Part shown: positions 1 to 17,844 of the stretch, piece by piece
How positions within the stretch are numbered: the first letter of the stretch is position 1
How the letters are laid out: every line of letters begins with the position of its first letter
NCBI GenBank assembly: GCA_951406725.2
Contig: OX597826.1
Span: forward strand, 66,960,001-67,024,000
Direction: 5' to 3'
DNA: 64,000 nt
DNA from: Octopus vulgaris
Taxonomy: Eukaryota
Notes under the pieces: generated by a model
Databases searched by the model: none
What the model was told of the DNA's origin: nothing
What the model saw: the letters and a program-made list of their open reading frames with translations, nothing else
Translations under genes and position numbers: made by a program

Positions 1-295
1 TATATGTTTGTAGGACGCTGTGTCTGGTATGGAACAAAAAAAATCTGATCCAAATGGCAACAGATCAATGGCAAACAACAAAACTGGCAGCATTTGTCGT
101 CCAAGCAAATAAACAATGAAGAAACCGATTCGTAAGAGCAAATCAAACATATAAAGGAAAAAAACAAAACAAAACAAAACGAAACGAAAACAAAATGCAG
201 AAAAAAAAAACAAAAACAGAAGCAAAGATAAAGGATGACCTACATTCTGGCTGGAAGCTGACTCATAGACATCCCTGTATGGCTCGCTCCAGGCG

Positions 296-706
<411 letters not shown>

Positions 707-859
707 ATATATATGTATGCATGTTTTATATACAATTGCTCAGATATGCGTCGCGCGCACCCACCACACACACGCTCATTCACACAGACGCATACACACT
801 ACCACACACAAATCCTTGTGCATGTTTACGCTCATACATATATTCTGGGATCCGGATGC

Positions 860-895
<36 letters not shown>

Positions 896-1252
896 TCTCT
901 CTTTCCTTCTCTCTGACTTTCCCTTTCTCTTCCTGTGCATGTATATTAAATATAGATACATATGCACACACACACACAATTATATATATACACATATATA
1001 TATATGTATATGTATATATACAAATGCACATAGGCACAATCGGACCAACCCCCACAGCCGCGCACACGACGGCATGTCTTTCTCCTTCATTAATATTCAT
1101 GTCCGTTTGTATAAACAAGCATATCAGGCGGTCACTTACAGAATTTCATATTTACAATAAAACCTGCCAGACCACGTGACCACACTTTTAACAATTCCCA
1201 TATTTCACTCGCCGTTTCCTTGTCCGCCTCCATTCTTATCGAACGTGCATTG

Positions 1253-1268
1253 ATTATTATCATATTAC

Positions 1269-1359
<91 letters not shown>

Positions 1360-1687
1360 TTCTTCGTATTTTTGTCTTCATCTTTTTCTTCTTATTTCCT
1401 TCTTCTTCTTCTTCTTCTTCTTCTTCTTCTTCTCCTTCTTCTTCTTTTCTTCTTCTTCTCCTTCTTCTTCTTTTTCTTCTTCTTCTTCTTCTTCTTCTTC
1501 TTCTTCTTCGTCTTCGTCTTCTTCTTCTTCTTCTTCTTCTTCTTCTTCTTCTTCTTCTTCTTCTTCTTCTTCTTCTTCTTCTTCTTCTTCTTCTCCTTCT
1601 TCTTCTTTTTCTCCTTCTTCTTCTTCTCCCCTCCTCCTCCTCCTTCTTCTTCTTCTTCTTCTTCTTATTATTATTATTTTCTTCTTA

Positions 1688-1748
<61 letters not shown>

Positions 1749-1767
1749 TCTACTTCTTCTTCTTATT

Positions 1768-1801
<34 letters not shown>

Positions 1802-2067
1802 CAGCAGCAAGAGCAGCAGCAGCAGCAGTAGTAGTAGTAGTGGTATACTAATACGAAACAATGGTATTAATAGCAATTATAATCGTCAAGTGTATTATTA
1901 CTATTGTATTGTTATCACTGTCGTTGTTATTGTCGCCGTTATTGTCGCCGTTGTAGTGGCACTTGCTGTTGTTGTTGTTATTGTTGTTCTTCTTAAGCGC
2001 TCTACCACCACCACCACCACTACCATCACCACCACATCTGCTACAACCGCCTTTTCCTTCTCCTCCT

Positions 2068-2108
<41 letters not shown>

Positions 2109-2600
2109 TATCGATACAGCCGCTGTTACTATCATCATCTTCGTCATCGTCGTCGTTGTTGTTGCTCTTCTTCTTTTTCTCCTTCTACACAACACCACCA
2201 GCAGCAGCAGCAGCAGCAGCATCACCACCACCACCACCACCACCACCACCACCACCAGCTCTGCCATGACCACTTTCTTCTCCTTCTCCTCCTGCTCATC
2301 GTCGTCGTCGTCGTTGTAGTTCTTTTTCCGCCTTCTTCCCCCCACACCAGCACCATCACTACCACCGACACCACCACCACCAATACCACCATCACCACCA
2401 CAACCACCACCACCAACACCAACACTGCCATAACCTCTTTTTTCTCCTTCTCCTGCTGCTCACCGTCGTCGTATCGTCGTTGTTCTTTTTCTCCTTCTTC
2501 CCCCCCCCCCCACCTCTGCCACAACCTCTTCCTTCTCTTTCTCTTTCTCTTCCACCTCGTCCACGTAATTGTCGTAGTTGTTGTTCTTAGTATTACTATT
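1253..2600. repeat. Compound trinucleotide microsatellite (TAT/TTC/TAG/CAG/CAT/CAC)
   Basis: Successive triplet runs seen directly. Confidence 0.95.
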
Positions 2601-3049
2601 CTAATGGCTGTAATATCATTAATTTCTAAACTATGAAATGGCCACCGAACCATTACGCTTTCTTCGCCAGTTGCTTCTAATGTATCATAAGGAGATTACG
2701 AGAGTGGTCCCATTGTTCGCCGCACAAGTGATGTTTGTTAGATATTGAATCTGTTCCCCCCATAAGTCATCTTCCTCATTCATGTTTCGATGTTGGGGCC
2801 ACATTCATTCATCGAATCATTCTCATTCATCATCGCTGATGAATGGCAAACGAAGGAAGTACGTTCGACCGTGTCGATAGAGAACCGGGCGAATAACACA
2901 GAAATATATGAACTTTGTACTAGCAACCATCTGTTACCCTGCCCTCCGCCAACGTGGAAGCATTTTGTTTTTCCGAGGGGAAGCTCTGCGTCCATCATGC
3001 CATTATATTTGACTCTTCTTCGGAGAATTAGCCGTGTCAACTTGTTGCT

Positions 3050-3590
3050 ATTGTTGTTCTTGGTAAGACCTAAGCCAATTCGGACTGGGAAGAGTAGAGT
3101 AGACCTATATTCTAAGACGTTCCATCCGTGGCTATCCTGGTTCGGTTATAACTACAAGGCATCCACGATTACATTATCATGGCTTAAACATTTACACGTT
3201 TTGCATTTCTTCTTAGCCTGCTGGGTGGGATCTGAGATGGAATCGGTTCTTGTTTCTAGCAGGTCAAGCAAATACATGAGTGGCTCGTACAGATTTTGTT
3301 ATTATTGCTGTTTAGAGTAGACCTATATTCTAAGACGTTCCATCCGTGGCCATCCACGATTACATTATCATGGCTTAAGCATTTACACGTTTTGCATTTC
3401 TTCTGAACCTTCTGGGTGGGATCTGAGAGGGAATCGGTTTTTATTTCTAGCACGTCAAGCAAATACATCAGTGGCTCGTACAGATTTTGCTATTATTGTT
3501 GTTGTTTCCGTTAATGACACTGATATCAGATATAATCCAGCAGATCTTTAATGAAAGACGTCCCAGTCGTGACCATCCAATATTTTATCT
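3050..3590. repeat. Interspersed repeat family C with a ~218-bp tandem duplication
   Basis: agagtagacctatattctaagacgttccatccgtggc occurs at ~3096 and ~3314 and the downstream sequence also matches. Loosely related units at 17360-17510, 36010-36200 and 36712-36905. Confidence 0.7.
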
Positions 3591-3596
3591 TAATAG

Positions 3597-4020
3597 TACT
3601 TCCCGGCCGCATGGTTCCAAGTTCAGCCCCACTGCGTAACACCTTGGGCAAGTGTCTTCTACTATAGCCTCGGGCCGACTAAAGTCTTGTGAGTGGATCT
3701 GGTACACGGAAACTGAAAGAAGCCCGCCGTATATATATATATATATGTTTATGTGTGTCTGCATGTATGTATGTATAAAGTTATGTATGTGTGTGTTTGT
3801 GTCAGGGTTTGTTCTCCCTACACAGCTTGACAACCGGTGTTGGCGTCCCCGTAGCAAAGCGGTTCGGCAAAAGACACCGATAGAGTAAGTACTTTGGCTT
3901 TACAAAAAATAAGTTCTGTGGTCGACTTCCTCGACTAAAACCCGCCAAGGCGGTGCTCCATCATGGCCGCCGTTAAATGGCTGAAGCAAATAAAAGTAAA
4001 GAATAAAAGAATACAAGAAT
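3597..4020 (+). mobile_element. tRNA-derived SINE, family A (5'-truncated)
   Basis: Matches the full copy at 37223-37654: ccttgggcaagtgtcttctactatagcc core, internal (TA)n(TG)n tract, and a ggcggtgctcca...tgaagcaaataaaag tail. Confidence 0.85.
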
Positions 4021-4047
4021 AGAAGAATAATATCTACGATTTCAATA

Positions 4048-4150
4048 CAGTTCTATATTTAAGAGATGAGGACTTCTGTACATCATTTACATGGTTTACA
4101 TTATTTACATTTGACGGATATTTGTCCTCATCTTGTTTGTTGTTAACACA
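4048..4150 (-). mobile_element. Truncated copy of the hammerhead-bearing short element at 12950-13131
   Basis: Reverse complement of tgtgttaacaacaaacaagatgaggacaaatatccgtcaaatgtaaataatgt...atatagaactg; similarity ends just before the ribozyme core. Confidence 0.8.
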
Positions 4151-4351
4151 CAACATTTTTCTCGGGATTACTTAATTTAAATAAACTTAGTTAACGTATC
4201 TACGTCGTTTATTAGACAGTATTGTGTGATTCGAATGAAACGGGGCTGCCGTATTCAGTCAGTCGAGCGACCACATACAACCTACTACTGTCATTTGTAG
4301 AAATAGCTGCCAGTAAGTACCTGGGTAATCAAGGTTTCAAGCTCTACGCGG

Positions 4352-4422
<71 letters not shown>

Positions 4423-4423
<1 letters not shown>

Positions 4424-4660
4424 TCTTTTACTCTCTTTTACTTGTTTCAGTCATTTGACTGTGGCCATGCTGGAGCATCGCCTTTAGTCGAGCAAATCGA
4501 CCCCAGGACTTATTCTTTGTAAGCCTATTACTTATTCTATCGTTCACTTTTGCCGAACCGCTAAGTTACGGGGACTTAAACACACCACCATCGGTTGTCA
4601 AGCGATGTTGGGGGGAAAACACACACACACACACACATACACACACACACACATATATAT
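4423..4660 (-). mobile_element. SINE family A, 3' half
   Basis: ctcttttacttgtttcagtcatttgactgtggccatgctggagca... is the reverse complement of the family A tail. Confidence 0.88.
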
Positions 4661-5264
4661 ATCAGTAAACAGTGACCTAGTGATCATACCAATGACAACG
4701 TGGGAATGAAGAAGACTCCAATCTGAAAACACAGTCATCGGCAGTTTGTCTGTGCGTTAACTATATACTTCGCATGGTGATGGCAACATAAAGAGCAAGC
4801 GAATTGGTCATTTGATTTGGTATAAATAGCAGACAAATCCCCCTCAGAGCACGCTCTACCGTCTTAAAAAGGAAAGACGCATTAAATTATGCAATGTTTC
4901 AGTGTAACATTGGAGAGTCATAGCTGAAACACCTTGGGTCATAGATAAGCTCATGGATGTAAACAGTACTACTGAATATTGCACTAGGTAATATAATTCT
5001 AGCAACACCACATCGGAATAAAACATGGGAAGATAATGACCGGAGTATCTCTGATCATACTGCAGTTCAGAAAATTTTGTCCTGGGGCTAAAAATCAACA
5101 AGAACTGATACATTAAACGATATTGTGATAAATGCACTAAGTCTATGCAATAGACAATATTGACCAAATATTTTCTAAATTGAATTGATCAGGAGCTAAA
5201 CAATAACATTACAGTAGGCATTAGGTAAAATAAAAAGAAACCCTTCGGTCATGAATGACCATGG

Positions 5265-5530
5265 GATTGCACCTAGAAAGTTGCCCTCCGAGGACAAGTC
5301 CAGGCAAGGTTGTTTTATTGAAGATCATGCATACCAGCCTCCACTGTCCACGCCACCGATGTAATCCAAGGGAAAGGCAAAGGGACCGATACAACTTGGC
5401 ACCAGTGACGTCGCAACTCATTTCTACAACTGAGTGAACTGGAGCTCAAGAACACAATACACTGCTCGGTCCGGGAATCGATCTCACAACCTCATGGCTG
5501 TGAGCCCGATACTCTGACTACTGAGCCATG
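5265..5530 (-). mobile_element. tRNA-derived SINE, related to the element at 25135-25470
   Basis: Minus strand begins catggctcagtagtcagagtatcgggctcacagccatgaggttgtgagatcgattcccgg (A/B-box-like), followed by the ctccagttcactcagttg core. Confidence 0.7.
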
Positions 5531-6215
5531 ACAGTAGGTGACGTAGTTCTATATACACTATGTTTACACTTGGCGATCACAACTTAGACGACTTTGATCA
5601 TAAGTATTGTGAATTTGGGCCGATGAGTGACTACACAACAACACTGGGGCATACATTACCCAACGTAGTTCCAAGTACGAACTGTCGATATAAAAGACAT
5701 GATGTCATAGCTCGAACGACTGTGATCATATATCTCCTCAAACTGAGCTGACCGGGGGTTAAAATAACAACACTGATGTACAGTGATAACAACACTGATA
5801 ATTTATGTGAAACGAAAAGAAAACGTAGTCACAGCTTGAAGGTCTATGATACAAGGCGATCACAATAGAAGCTGACCTGGGGATTTTACTGTTAACAAGT
5901 TTAGCCACTCCAAAAGCCAATCTAGTTGGTCATTTCGATTGGTGGACTAACATTGCCCTGGACACAGTCCTGAGCATTGTTCTGCCATAACATTTAATCA
6001 ATTTCGTATTAAAGAATCTTATTAAATTACTTGAAATGGAATGAATCAGCTTTGCCGAAGTATTACTGGGTGATTATTGTCTCGTGTGAGCAGAAGACAG
6101 AGGAATGTTGACTAAGACAAGGTATGTACATGAGCATGTGTGTGTGTGTGTGTTTTTTGTATGTGTGTGTGTCTGTGTATTTATGTGTATACCTGCGTGA
6201 GCGTCTGTATACGCA

Positions 6216-6313
<98 letters not shown>

Positions 6314-6460
6314 CATGTGAGTATGCATAATATAATATAGTATAGATATATTATACGTATGCGTATGTGTGAATGTGTCCGCACACGCTTACACATATAT
6401 ACATACACTCACAGGCAGACAAACATAGGTATAATATACATGTATCCTTGTATGTGTGCG

Positions 6461-6506
<46 letters not shown>

Positions 6507-7265
6507 CTCCAGCATGACCGTAGCCTCATCGCTGAAAAGAGTAAAAGAGTAAATGTGTAACACACACACAGACACACACACATATATATATTTGTGTATG
6601 TGTGTGTATGTGTGTGTGTGTGTGTAGTATGTATGTATATAGGAATGTGTGTTCGTACACGAACACATGTATAGTAGCTAGATGTAGATGACTTTTGGAA
6701 AGGCAATTTTAGTTTCATACAGTCAAGATATTCATTCGCACAAAGTGCTCAACGACTAAACCACGAAATGATGTTATGGTTCTGTGTCTATGCTTATTAA
6801 ACAAACGAGACAAAATGGCGTAGATATACCGCATAAGAATAATATAGAAAAAATAACGCAAGTTACTTCTCATGGCGTCGAAATGTCTCCGTGATTATTC
6901 ACCTCAACGGACACTGTTGAACTAAAAACAGCCTCTTAGAAAAACAATGTATACAGTTGTTAATGATATCATGACTTGATGCCACATAAATCAGTTAGCA
7001 ACAAAACTGCCTTGTTTATATATCACCGAGAAATGATGTATGTCCTAGAAAGATTGCTAAAAAAAAATTTATCCATTCATCCATTCATCCATCCATCCAA
7101 TATAAATGCACGTATCTGTATATATGTGTGAATATAAATACAATGTACATTTAAACACATAAGAGATGGCCATAATAGGACATCTAGCCCGCTAGATGAA
7201 GTAGTTAACATCCAAACCAATATTAGGGGTAATTTCGAAAGGGAATGTAAAATAAAATCGTTTAC

Positions 7266-7339
7266 CATCTATTTCCTGGACCATGGTTTCAAGTTCATTT
7301 GCTGAAGAGAGCTTGAAACCATGGTCCAGGAAATAGATG
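7266..7339 (+). ncRNA. 28-bp inverted repeat overlapping a degenerate minimal type-I hammerhead motif
   Basis: Arms at 7266-7293 and 7312-7339. Core reads CTGAAGA(7302)-gagctt-GAAA-ccatgg-TC; stem II is collapsed. Confidence 0.5.
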
Positions 7340-7371
7340 TATATGAATATGTGTATATAAATATATATATA

Positions 7372-8112
7372 TTTTTACTATCCACAAGAAGCTACACACA
7401 AAGGGAACAAACAAGGACAGGGAAACTGGTACTATATTTATCAACCCCGAAGGATGAAAGGCAAAGCCGACCTCGCGGAATTTGAACTCAGAACGTAACG
7501 ACAGACAAAATACCTATTTCTTTACTATCCACAAGAAGCTACACACAAAGGGGACAAACAAGGACAGGCAAACGGATTAAGTCGATTGCATCCACCCCAG
7601 TACGAAACTGGTACTATATTTATCGACCCCGAAAGGATGAAAGGCAAAGTCGACCTCGCGGAATTTGAACTCAGAACGTAACGACAGACAAAATACCTAT
7701 TTCTTTACTATCCACAAGAAGCTACACACAAAGGGGACAAACAAGGACAGGCAAACGGATTAAGTCGATTGCATCCACCCCAGTACCAAACTGGTACTAT
7801 ATTTATCGACCCCGAAAGGATGAAAAGCAAGGTCGACCTCGGTGGAATTTGAACTCAGAACGTAACGACAGACGAAATACCTATTTCTTTACTACCCACA
7901 AGGGGCTAAACGCAGAGAGGACAAACAAGGACAGAGGAACGGATTAAGACGATTACATCGACCCCAGTGCGAAACTGGTACTTTATTTATCGACCCCGAA
8001 AGGATAAAAGGCAAAGTCGACCTCGGTGGAATTTGAACTCAGAACGTAACGACAGACGAAATATCGCTAAGCATTTTGCCCGGTGCGCTAACGTTTCTGC
8101 CAACTCGCCGCC
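7372..8112 (-). mobile_element. SINE family B, tetramer of a ~184-bp body unit with a single head
   Basis: The aaatacctatttctttac junction recurs at ~7508, ~7691 and ~7875. The head (ggcggcgagttggcagaaacgttagc on the minus strand) starts at 8112. gtgtatataaatatata flanks the array at 7351-7367 and 8118-8134. Confidence 0.9.
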
Positions 8113-8669
8113 TTTAAGTGTATATAAATATATAGTGCTAATGTATGCGCACATACATACAAGCATTCAAGCATCCATCCATCTACCCATACATGAATAC
8201 ATACGCATACATACACACATACGTATATACGTTCATACATATATACATGCTTGCATGCATACATACATACATACATACATACGTACACACATATATACGT
8301 ACGTACGCACATACATACATACATACATACATACATACATACATACATACATACATACATACATACATACATACATACATACATACATACATGTCTAGTA
8401 AATCTTAAAGAGTAAACAGAATAGACGAATGAGACGAGAAACCAAACTAGAAGTATTAATAAAGAGACGACAGTATTTGGAAGAAAAAGAACAAATTTCG
8501 TAAATCATGCCAAAACCAAGACAAAAGAGATCCTAACATCTGTGATATGCGGCGGAAGGAACTTCACAATGTATGCGAAGACATGAGCAAAATCATAAAT
8601 ATTTTATTTGCAGTTATCGGTAATTCTAGAAACCATAGCATTTTACACTCGGTGAATCATTATCTTCGG

Positions 8670-8945
8670 ATTCTATAGCAATCATCAAATCTCAGTAAAA
8701 TAATGAAAGAATCACAAATTATTCATTGCCAAAGACAGCACCAAATCTTAAATGACTTTTAACAAAGGTGCAATTCACACCAGCAGAAGAAATAATTCAG
8801 GTAACAAAATACGGAGATCTTTGCTGAGGGACGTGTGGGATAATTGAAGAGAGAAAAAAGTAAAGAAAGAAAAGGCAAACATCTGAAGGAGTTGCAGGAT
8901 AATGAAAATAAGAATTGCAAAATGGAAAATCTCAGGTACGTCTGA
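8670..8945 (+). pseudogene. Decayed Penelope-like element ORF: linker/zinc-finger region leading into the GIY-YIG endonuclease
   Basis: Translation across stops and a frameshift: SKIMKESQIIHCQRQ/APNLK*LLTKVQF...VTKYGDLC*GTCGIIEE...NCKMENLRY. This resembles the PLE pattern RQPPNLKxLL...C-G-x-x-x-C-x-x-C...NCxxxNxIY. Confidence 0.65.
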
Positions 8946-9009
8946 GAAACGATTTGTGTATTACATGAACATAAGTTACAGTCTTATATATGAAATACAG
9001 TGAGATAGA

Positions 9010-9558
9010 AAAGCATTTCGTCGTATTTACGCTAAGAGTTCAAATTCTGACGAAACCCACTTTGCCTTTTATTTACGTTCTGAGTTCAAATTCCGCCGTA
9101 GCCGAACCTGCCTTTGGTCTTTAAGGCGCCGTGCTGGCAAAATCGTTAGCACGCCGGGCGAAAGGCTTAGTAGCATTTCGTCTTTACGTTCTGAGTTCAA
9201 ATTCCGCCGTGGCCGAATTTGCCTTTCATCTTTGAGGCGCCGAGCTGGCAAAATCGTTGACACGCCGGGCGAAAGGCTTAGTAGCATTTCGTCTTTACGT
9301 TCTGAGTTCAAATTCCGCCGAGGCCGAATGTACCTTCCATCTTTGAGGCACCGAGCTAGCCAAAATCGTTAGCACGCCGGGCGAAAGTCTTAGTAGCATT
9401 TCGTCGTCTTTACGTTCTGAGTTCAAATTCCGTCAAGGTCAACTTTGTCTTTCATCCTTTCGGGTCGATAAATTAAGTACCAGTCAAGTACTGGAGCCAA
9501 TGTGATCGACTTATCTCCTCCACCAAAATTTCAGGCCTTGTGTCTTTAGTAGAAAGAA
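9010..9558 (+). mobile_element. SINE family B with tandemly repeated ~111-bp head units
   Basis: Heads of type ggcgccgagctggcaaaatcgttagcacgccgggcgaaa at 9125, 9236 and 9347; the last continues into the gtcgataaattaagtacc body. Confidence 0.88.
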
Positions 9559-12171
<2,613 letters not shown>

Positions 12172-12406
12172 CCCAGAACATTGACAATATTTTCCTAAAC
12201 AAGTGATATATGCGTCAGTATGTGAGATATTTTTTTTATCAAGCAGAAATCAGAATATGTGCGACTGTAAGTGTTTGTGTGTGTACATATGTGTACAAGT
12301 GCCTGCCTCTGTGTGTATATATATATATGTGTATGTATGTGCATACATGCTTATATGTGTACTTATCGTATGTATGTGAGTATGTGTTTCGGTTTGCATA
12401 TATACG

Positions 12407-12446
<40 letters not shown>

Positions 12447-12686
12447 CGCGCGCGCGCGTGTGTGTATGTGTGTGTGTGTGTGTATTATAGTATTATAAAC
12501 CGATTTCATTCGGGTCTACTCCTGCCACATTTTAAAGATGCCTTACAATTCAGCAAACCCAAAGTTGCCATGCACCCTTCCCAACACTTTTAACATAGGT
12601 GTGCAACTTTTCAGGTCAATCCGACCACATTTACTAACACTCTTACCTGCACAACTGCTTGTGAGACAACGTCCGCCCTCTTCACA

Positions 12687-12747
<61 letters not shown>

Positions 12748-12869
12748 GCCATAATAGATCGCTAGCCACTAAACCTTTTTTTATTTTCTCTCCCTGTTTA
12801 ATTTTGTGTAGGCTCGAAACCTAAAACACTTTCGCACTTCCAGGAATTGAATTCGGAATCTTGGGGTTA

Positions 12870-12939
<70 letters not shown>

Positions 12940-12949
12940 CAACAACAAA

Positions 12950-13131
12950 TTAAAAAATACCTTAGGAATGAGAACCCAGGTTCAAAATTTTCCCCAAGAC
13001 ACCTGATGAAGGCTGGAGGCTATATCAGCTGAAACGTTGTGTTAACAACAAACAAGATGAGGACAAATATCCGTCAAATGTAAATAATGTAAATAATGTA
13101 CATAATTCCTCATCTCGTAAATATAGAACTG
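12950..13131 (+). mobile_element. Short non-autonomous element carrying a minimal hammerhead ribozyme (probably PLE-associated)
   Basis: A second copy lies at 4048-4150 on the minus strand. The element is preceded by (AAT)n and an inverted tRNA-like fragment at 12841-12872. Confidence 0.7.
12998..13043 (+). ncRNA. Minimal type-I hammerhead ribozyme
   Basis: Stem I gacac/gtgtt; CTGATGA at 13003-13009; stem II ggctg/cagct; GAAAC-GTT at 13031-13038 with essentially no stem III, as described for PLE minimal hammerheads. Confidence 0.72.
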
Positions 13132-13429
13132 GACGTTGACTGATTAACGTTAACTGGCTGAATTTTGCTAATATTCGCTGGTATCTATTTATCACCAGAT
13201 AAATAGATGCATAACTTTAACGTAGAATATAGTATTCAGTAGTGGAAATAAAACACTCTGATGTGAGTTAATTCTCCTCTAGGATAGAGTACCAATCTAT
13301 AATTCTTTCTGGGATATCATTTTATCACAAATAAAACTTTCCAAACAATCGGATGCATTTTATCTACCGCAGCTGAGCGAAATCAGTCAAGGAGCCTAAA
13401 CAGAACTTTAGAGTTCCTTTATTCTGTTA

Positions 13430-13812
13430 CTAGCAGTATCGCCCGGCGTTGCTCAGGTTTGTAAGGGAAATAACTATAAAGCATTTTTAGAGAGTTATAG
13501 CCAAAAAATAGCCAAAAAATGGAAAAAAATGATGGTAAATTTTTTTTGAGTTAAAAAAGGATGGAGTTGCGTCCCCTAGACAGTTTGTGGTTCGTGTTTC
13601 TGATTCTCGACCCCATGTCGAATTTATCGATTTTTTTCAGAACTGGGGGAACTGTTCAAAATTTTGGCTGCGTTAGTTTTGAATTATGACATTGGGCTAT
13701 GTGTGTGTCAAGTTTCATCAGAATCGGTTGAAAGCCGTGGTCAGGGTGAGGGTACAAGCAAACAGACACACAGAAACACGCACAGACAAACTGCCGTTTA
13801 TATATAGAGAGA
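13430..13812 (-). mobile_element. Non-autonomous Helitron
   Basis: On the minus strand: A|TCtctctatatataaa...cctgagcaacgccgggcgatactgCTAG|T. This gives a 5' TC, a subterminal hairpin, a 3' CTAG and an A/T target. Termini are shared with 56459-56858. Confidence 0.85.
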
Positions 13813-14419
13813 TTAGAAATTTTGTTGGTAAAACGAAAATCGCTGCCGGTAGAATTTGAACGGTGAATGCAGAGGGTTGAAGAACTGCAAAGAGCATAAC
13901 CCATTAAAACACTTTACCACGGAACGGAATTAAATAAAAATAAAATAGCAATGGCGTCGGTTTCACCCAATTCCCGCCAAAGTGGAAATTTAGCGCGCTA
14001 TGGTTAATTTGTGGTCGACAGGGCATGAAATAGGGACCATGTGAACAAGGAGTTATTATGGGGTGGATTACAGAATTGACATGAAAAGATTTGGAAAGGG
14101 ATTGTGGGTGGGATAAAGGGTGATGAAGGTGGGAGAAGGGGGGATTGGAGGGACACACAAACCGATAACAATCGAGATGTTAGAACGGGGCATAATTCCG
14201 TAGAAAGAGTGGGAGAGAGCGAGAAAAAGAGAAAGAAAAATAATGAGGAGACTAAAGAAGAAACACACACACACTCACACACACACACATAAACACACAC
14301 ACACACACATACACATATATGCATGTATGTATACAAATATATATACATACACACATATACGTATACACACATATATATACGCGCATATGTGTATATATAT
14401 ATATATACATGTGCATATA

Positions 14420-14722
14420 CTCTTCCTTTTTACTATTTTACTTGTTTCAGTCATTTGACCGTGGCCATGCTGGAGCACCGCGTTTAGTTGAGCAAATCGA
14501 CCCCAGAACATATTCTTTGGAAGCCTAGTACTTATTCTATCGGTTTCTCTTGCTGAAAACCGCTAAGTTACATGGACGTAAACACACCGCCATCGTTTGT
14601 CAAACGATGTTTGGGGGACAAACACAGAAATACAAACACACACACACATATATAGACAGGCTTCTTTCAGTTTCTGTCTACCAAATCCACTCACAAGGCT
14701 TTGGTCGGCCTGTGGCTATGGA
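14420..14722 (-). mobile_element. SINE family A
   Basis: Reverse-complement tail and core (cttctttcagtttctgtctaccaaatccactcacaagg). Confidence 0.85.
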
Positions 14723-15109
14723 AAACTGCGTCGGAACTCCAGCATCCGGATTTGTGTTTATACCATAATTATTGCTGCACTTAGCTTTGTGAGCAAGTGG
14801 CTAACTGACAGTAAGAATAATTTTGGATTTTCATAGAAAAAATATCGACCAAATAACTCGGATATCAAAATGCCATCTGCAAGTGGAACAGTAAAAATAT
14901 GCAAGACTTTTCTCAAGTTTAAAATGTAAGGCTGTTATTTTTTTTTTCTATTTTCCAACGATGGAATTTTGTATCTTTGCTTGAAGCCAGCTCCTTCCTC
15001 GAAGGAAGGATTTAAATAATTCAAAAGAGAAGAGACACATGCATACTGATTTCAGTTATTCAGATATTACAGAATGACTGAAAACGAAGAGATATGTAGA
15101 TAGATAGTT

Positions 15110-15172
<63 letters not shown>

Positions 15173-15279
15173 AGATTGGGAGATATGAACGAATTCTGAG
15201 CTGGAGTTGCAACATAGAAGAACGCTGGAAATCTTTAATGAAGTTGTGGAGACAAAGCTAAGATGATTGGGAGAAGAAC

Positions 15280-17065
<1,786 letters not shown>

Positions 17066-17514
17066 TTTTTTTTTATATGAAAACAAAGCAAGAGATAGAG
17101 AGAAGGTGTCCATACTAGGCCGGTATGATATTTTATCAGTCCCGGGGTGGTGGGATTTGGGTGATGAAAGATGAAATGAACTTTGGTGAGATTTGAACTT
17201 AGAACCTAAATGATTTCACGTGTCTCACGTGACCTCCCTTCTTCAGAAGGTAATGGGGTATGATGTGCAGGGATTTGGATTGGTATTTCCGTCATGTCAA
17301 GGCTGTATTTGAAACTTGTATTTGGGCCGTGTTTTAAAATAAGTTGTTTTTGTTGTTGCTGTTGTTGTTGTTGTTGTCATTCAGCCCCTTGTCGGCAATG
17401 ATTATGTAGACCTTTGATTACAAGAATTCCAGTCGTGACCGTCCAGCCCCGTATTCCTTAAGCGTATATCTGATTACCTTGTCCACTGTATCCTTCGCAC
17501 GATCTGTTACATCG

Positions 17515-17844
17515 TATTTTTTTATTGTCCACAAGGAGCTTAACATAGAAGGGACAAACAAGGACACACAAACGGATTAAGTCGATTACATCGACCCCAG
17601 TGCGTGATTTGTACTTAATTTATCGACCCCGAAGGGATGAAAGGCAAAGTCAGTCTCTCCGGAATTTGAACTCAGAACGTAAGACAGACGAAATACCTAT
17701 TTCTTTACTACCCACAAGGGGATAAACACAGAGGGAACAAACAAGGACACACAAAACGGATTAAGTCAATTATATCGACCCCAGTGCGTTACTGGTACTT
17801 ATTAAATCGACCCCGAAAGGATGAAAGGCAAAGTCAACCTCGGC
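17515..17844 (-). mobile_element. SINE family B, headless body dimer
   Basis: Carries the same aaatacctatttctttac junction (at ~17691) as the 7.5-kb and 48-kb loci. Confidence 0.85.

Noticed and set aside
2790-3320. 176-aa ORF
   Set aside because: It has a non-ATG start, no recognisable domain, and its 3' half runs through a repeat family C unit.
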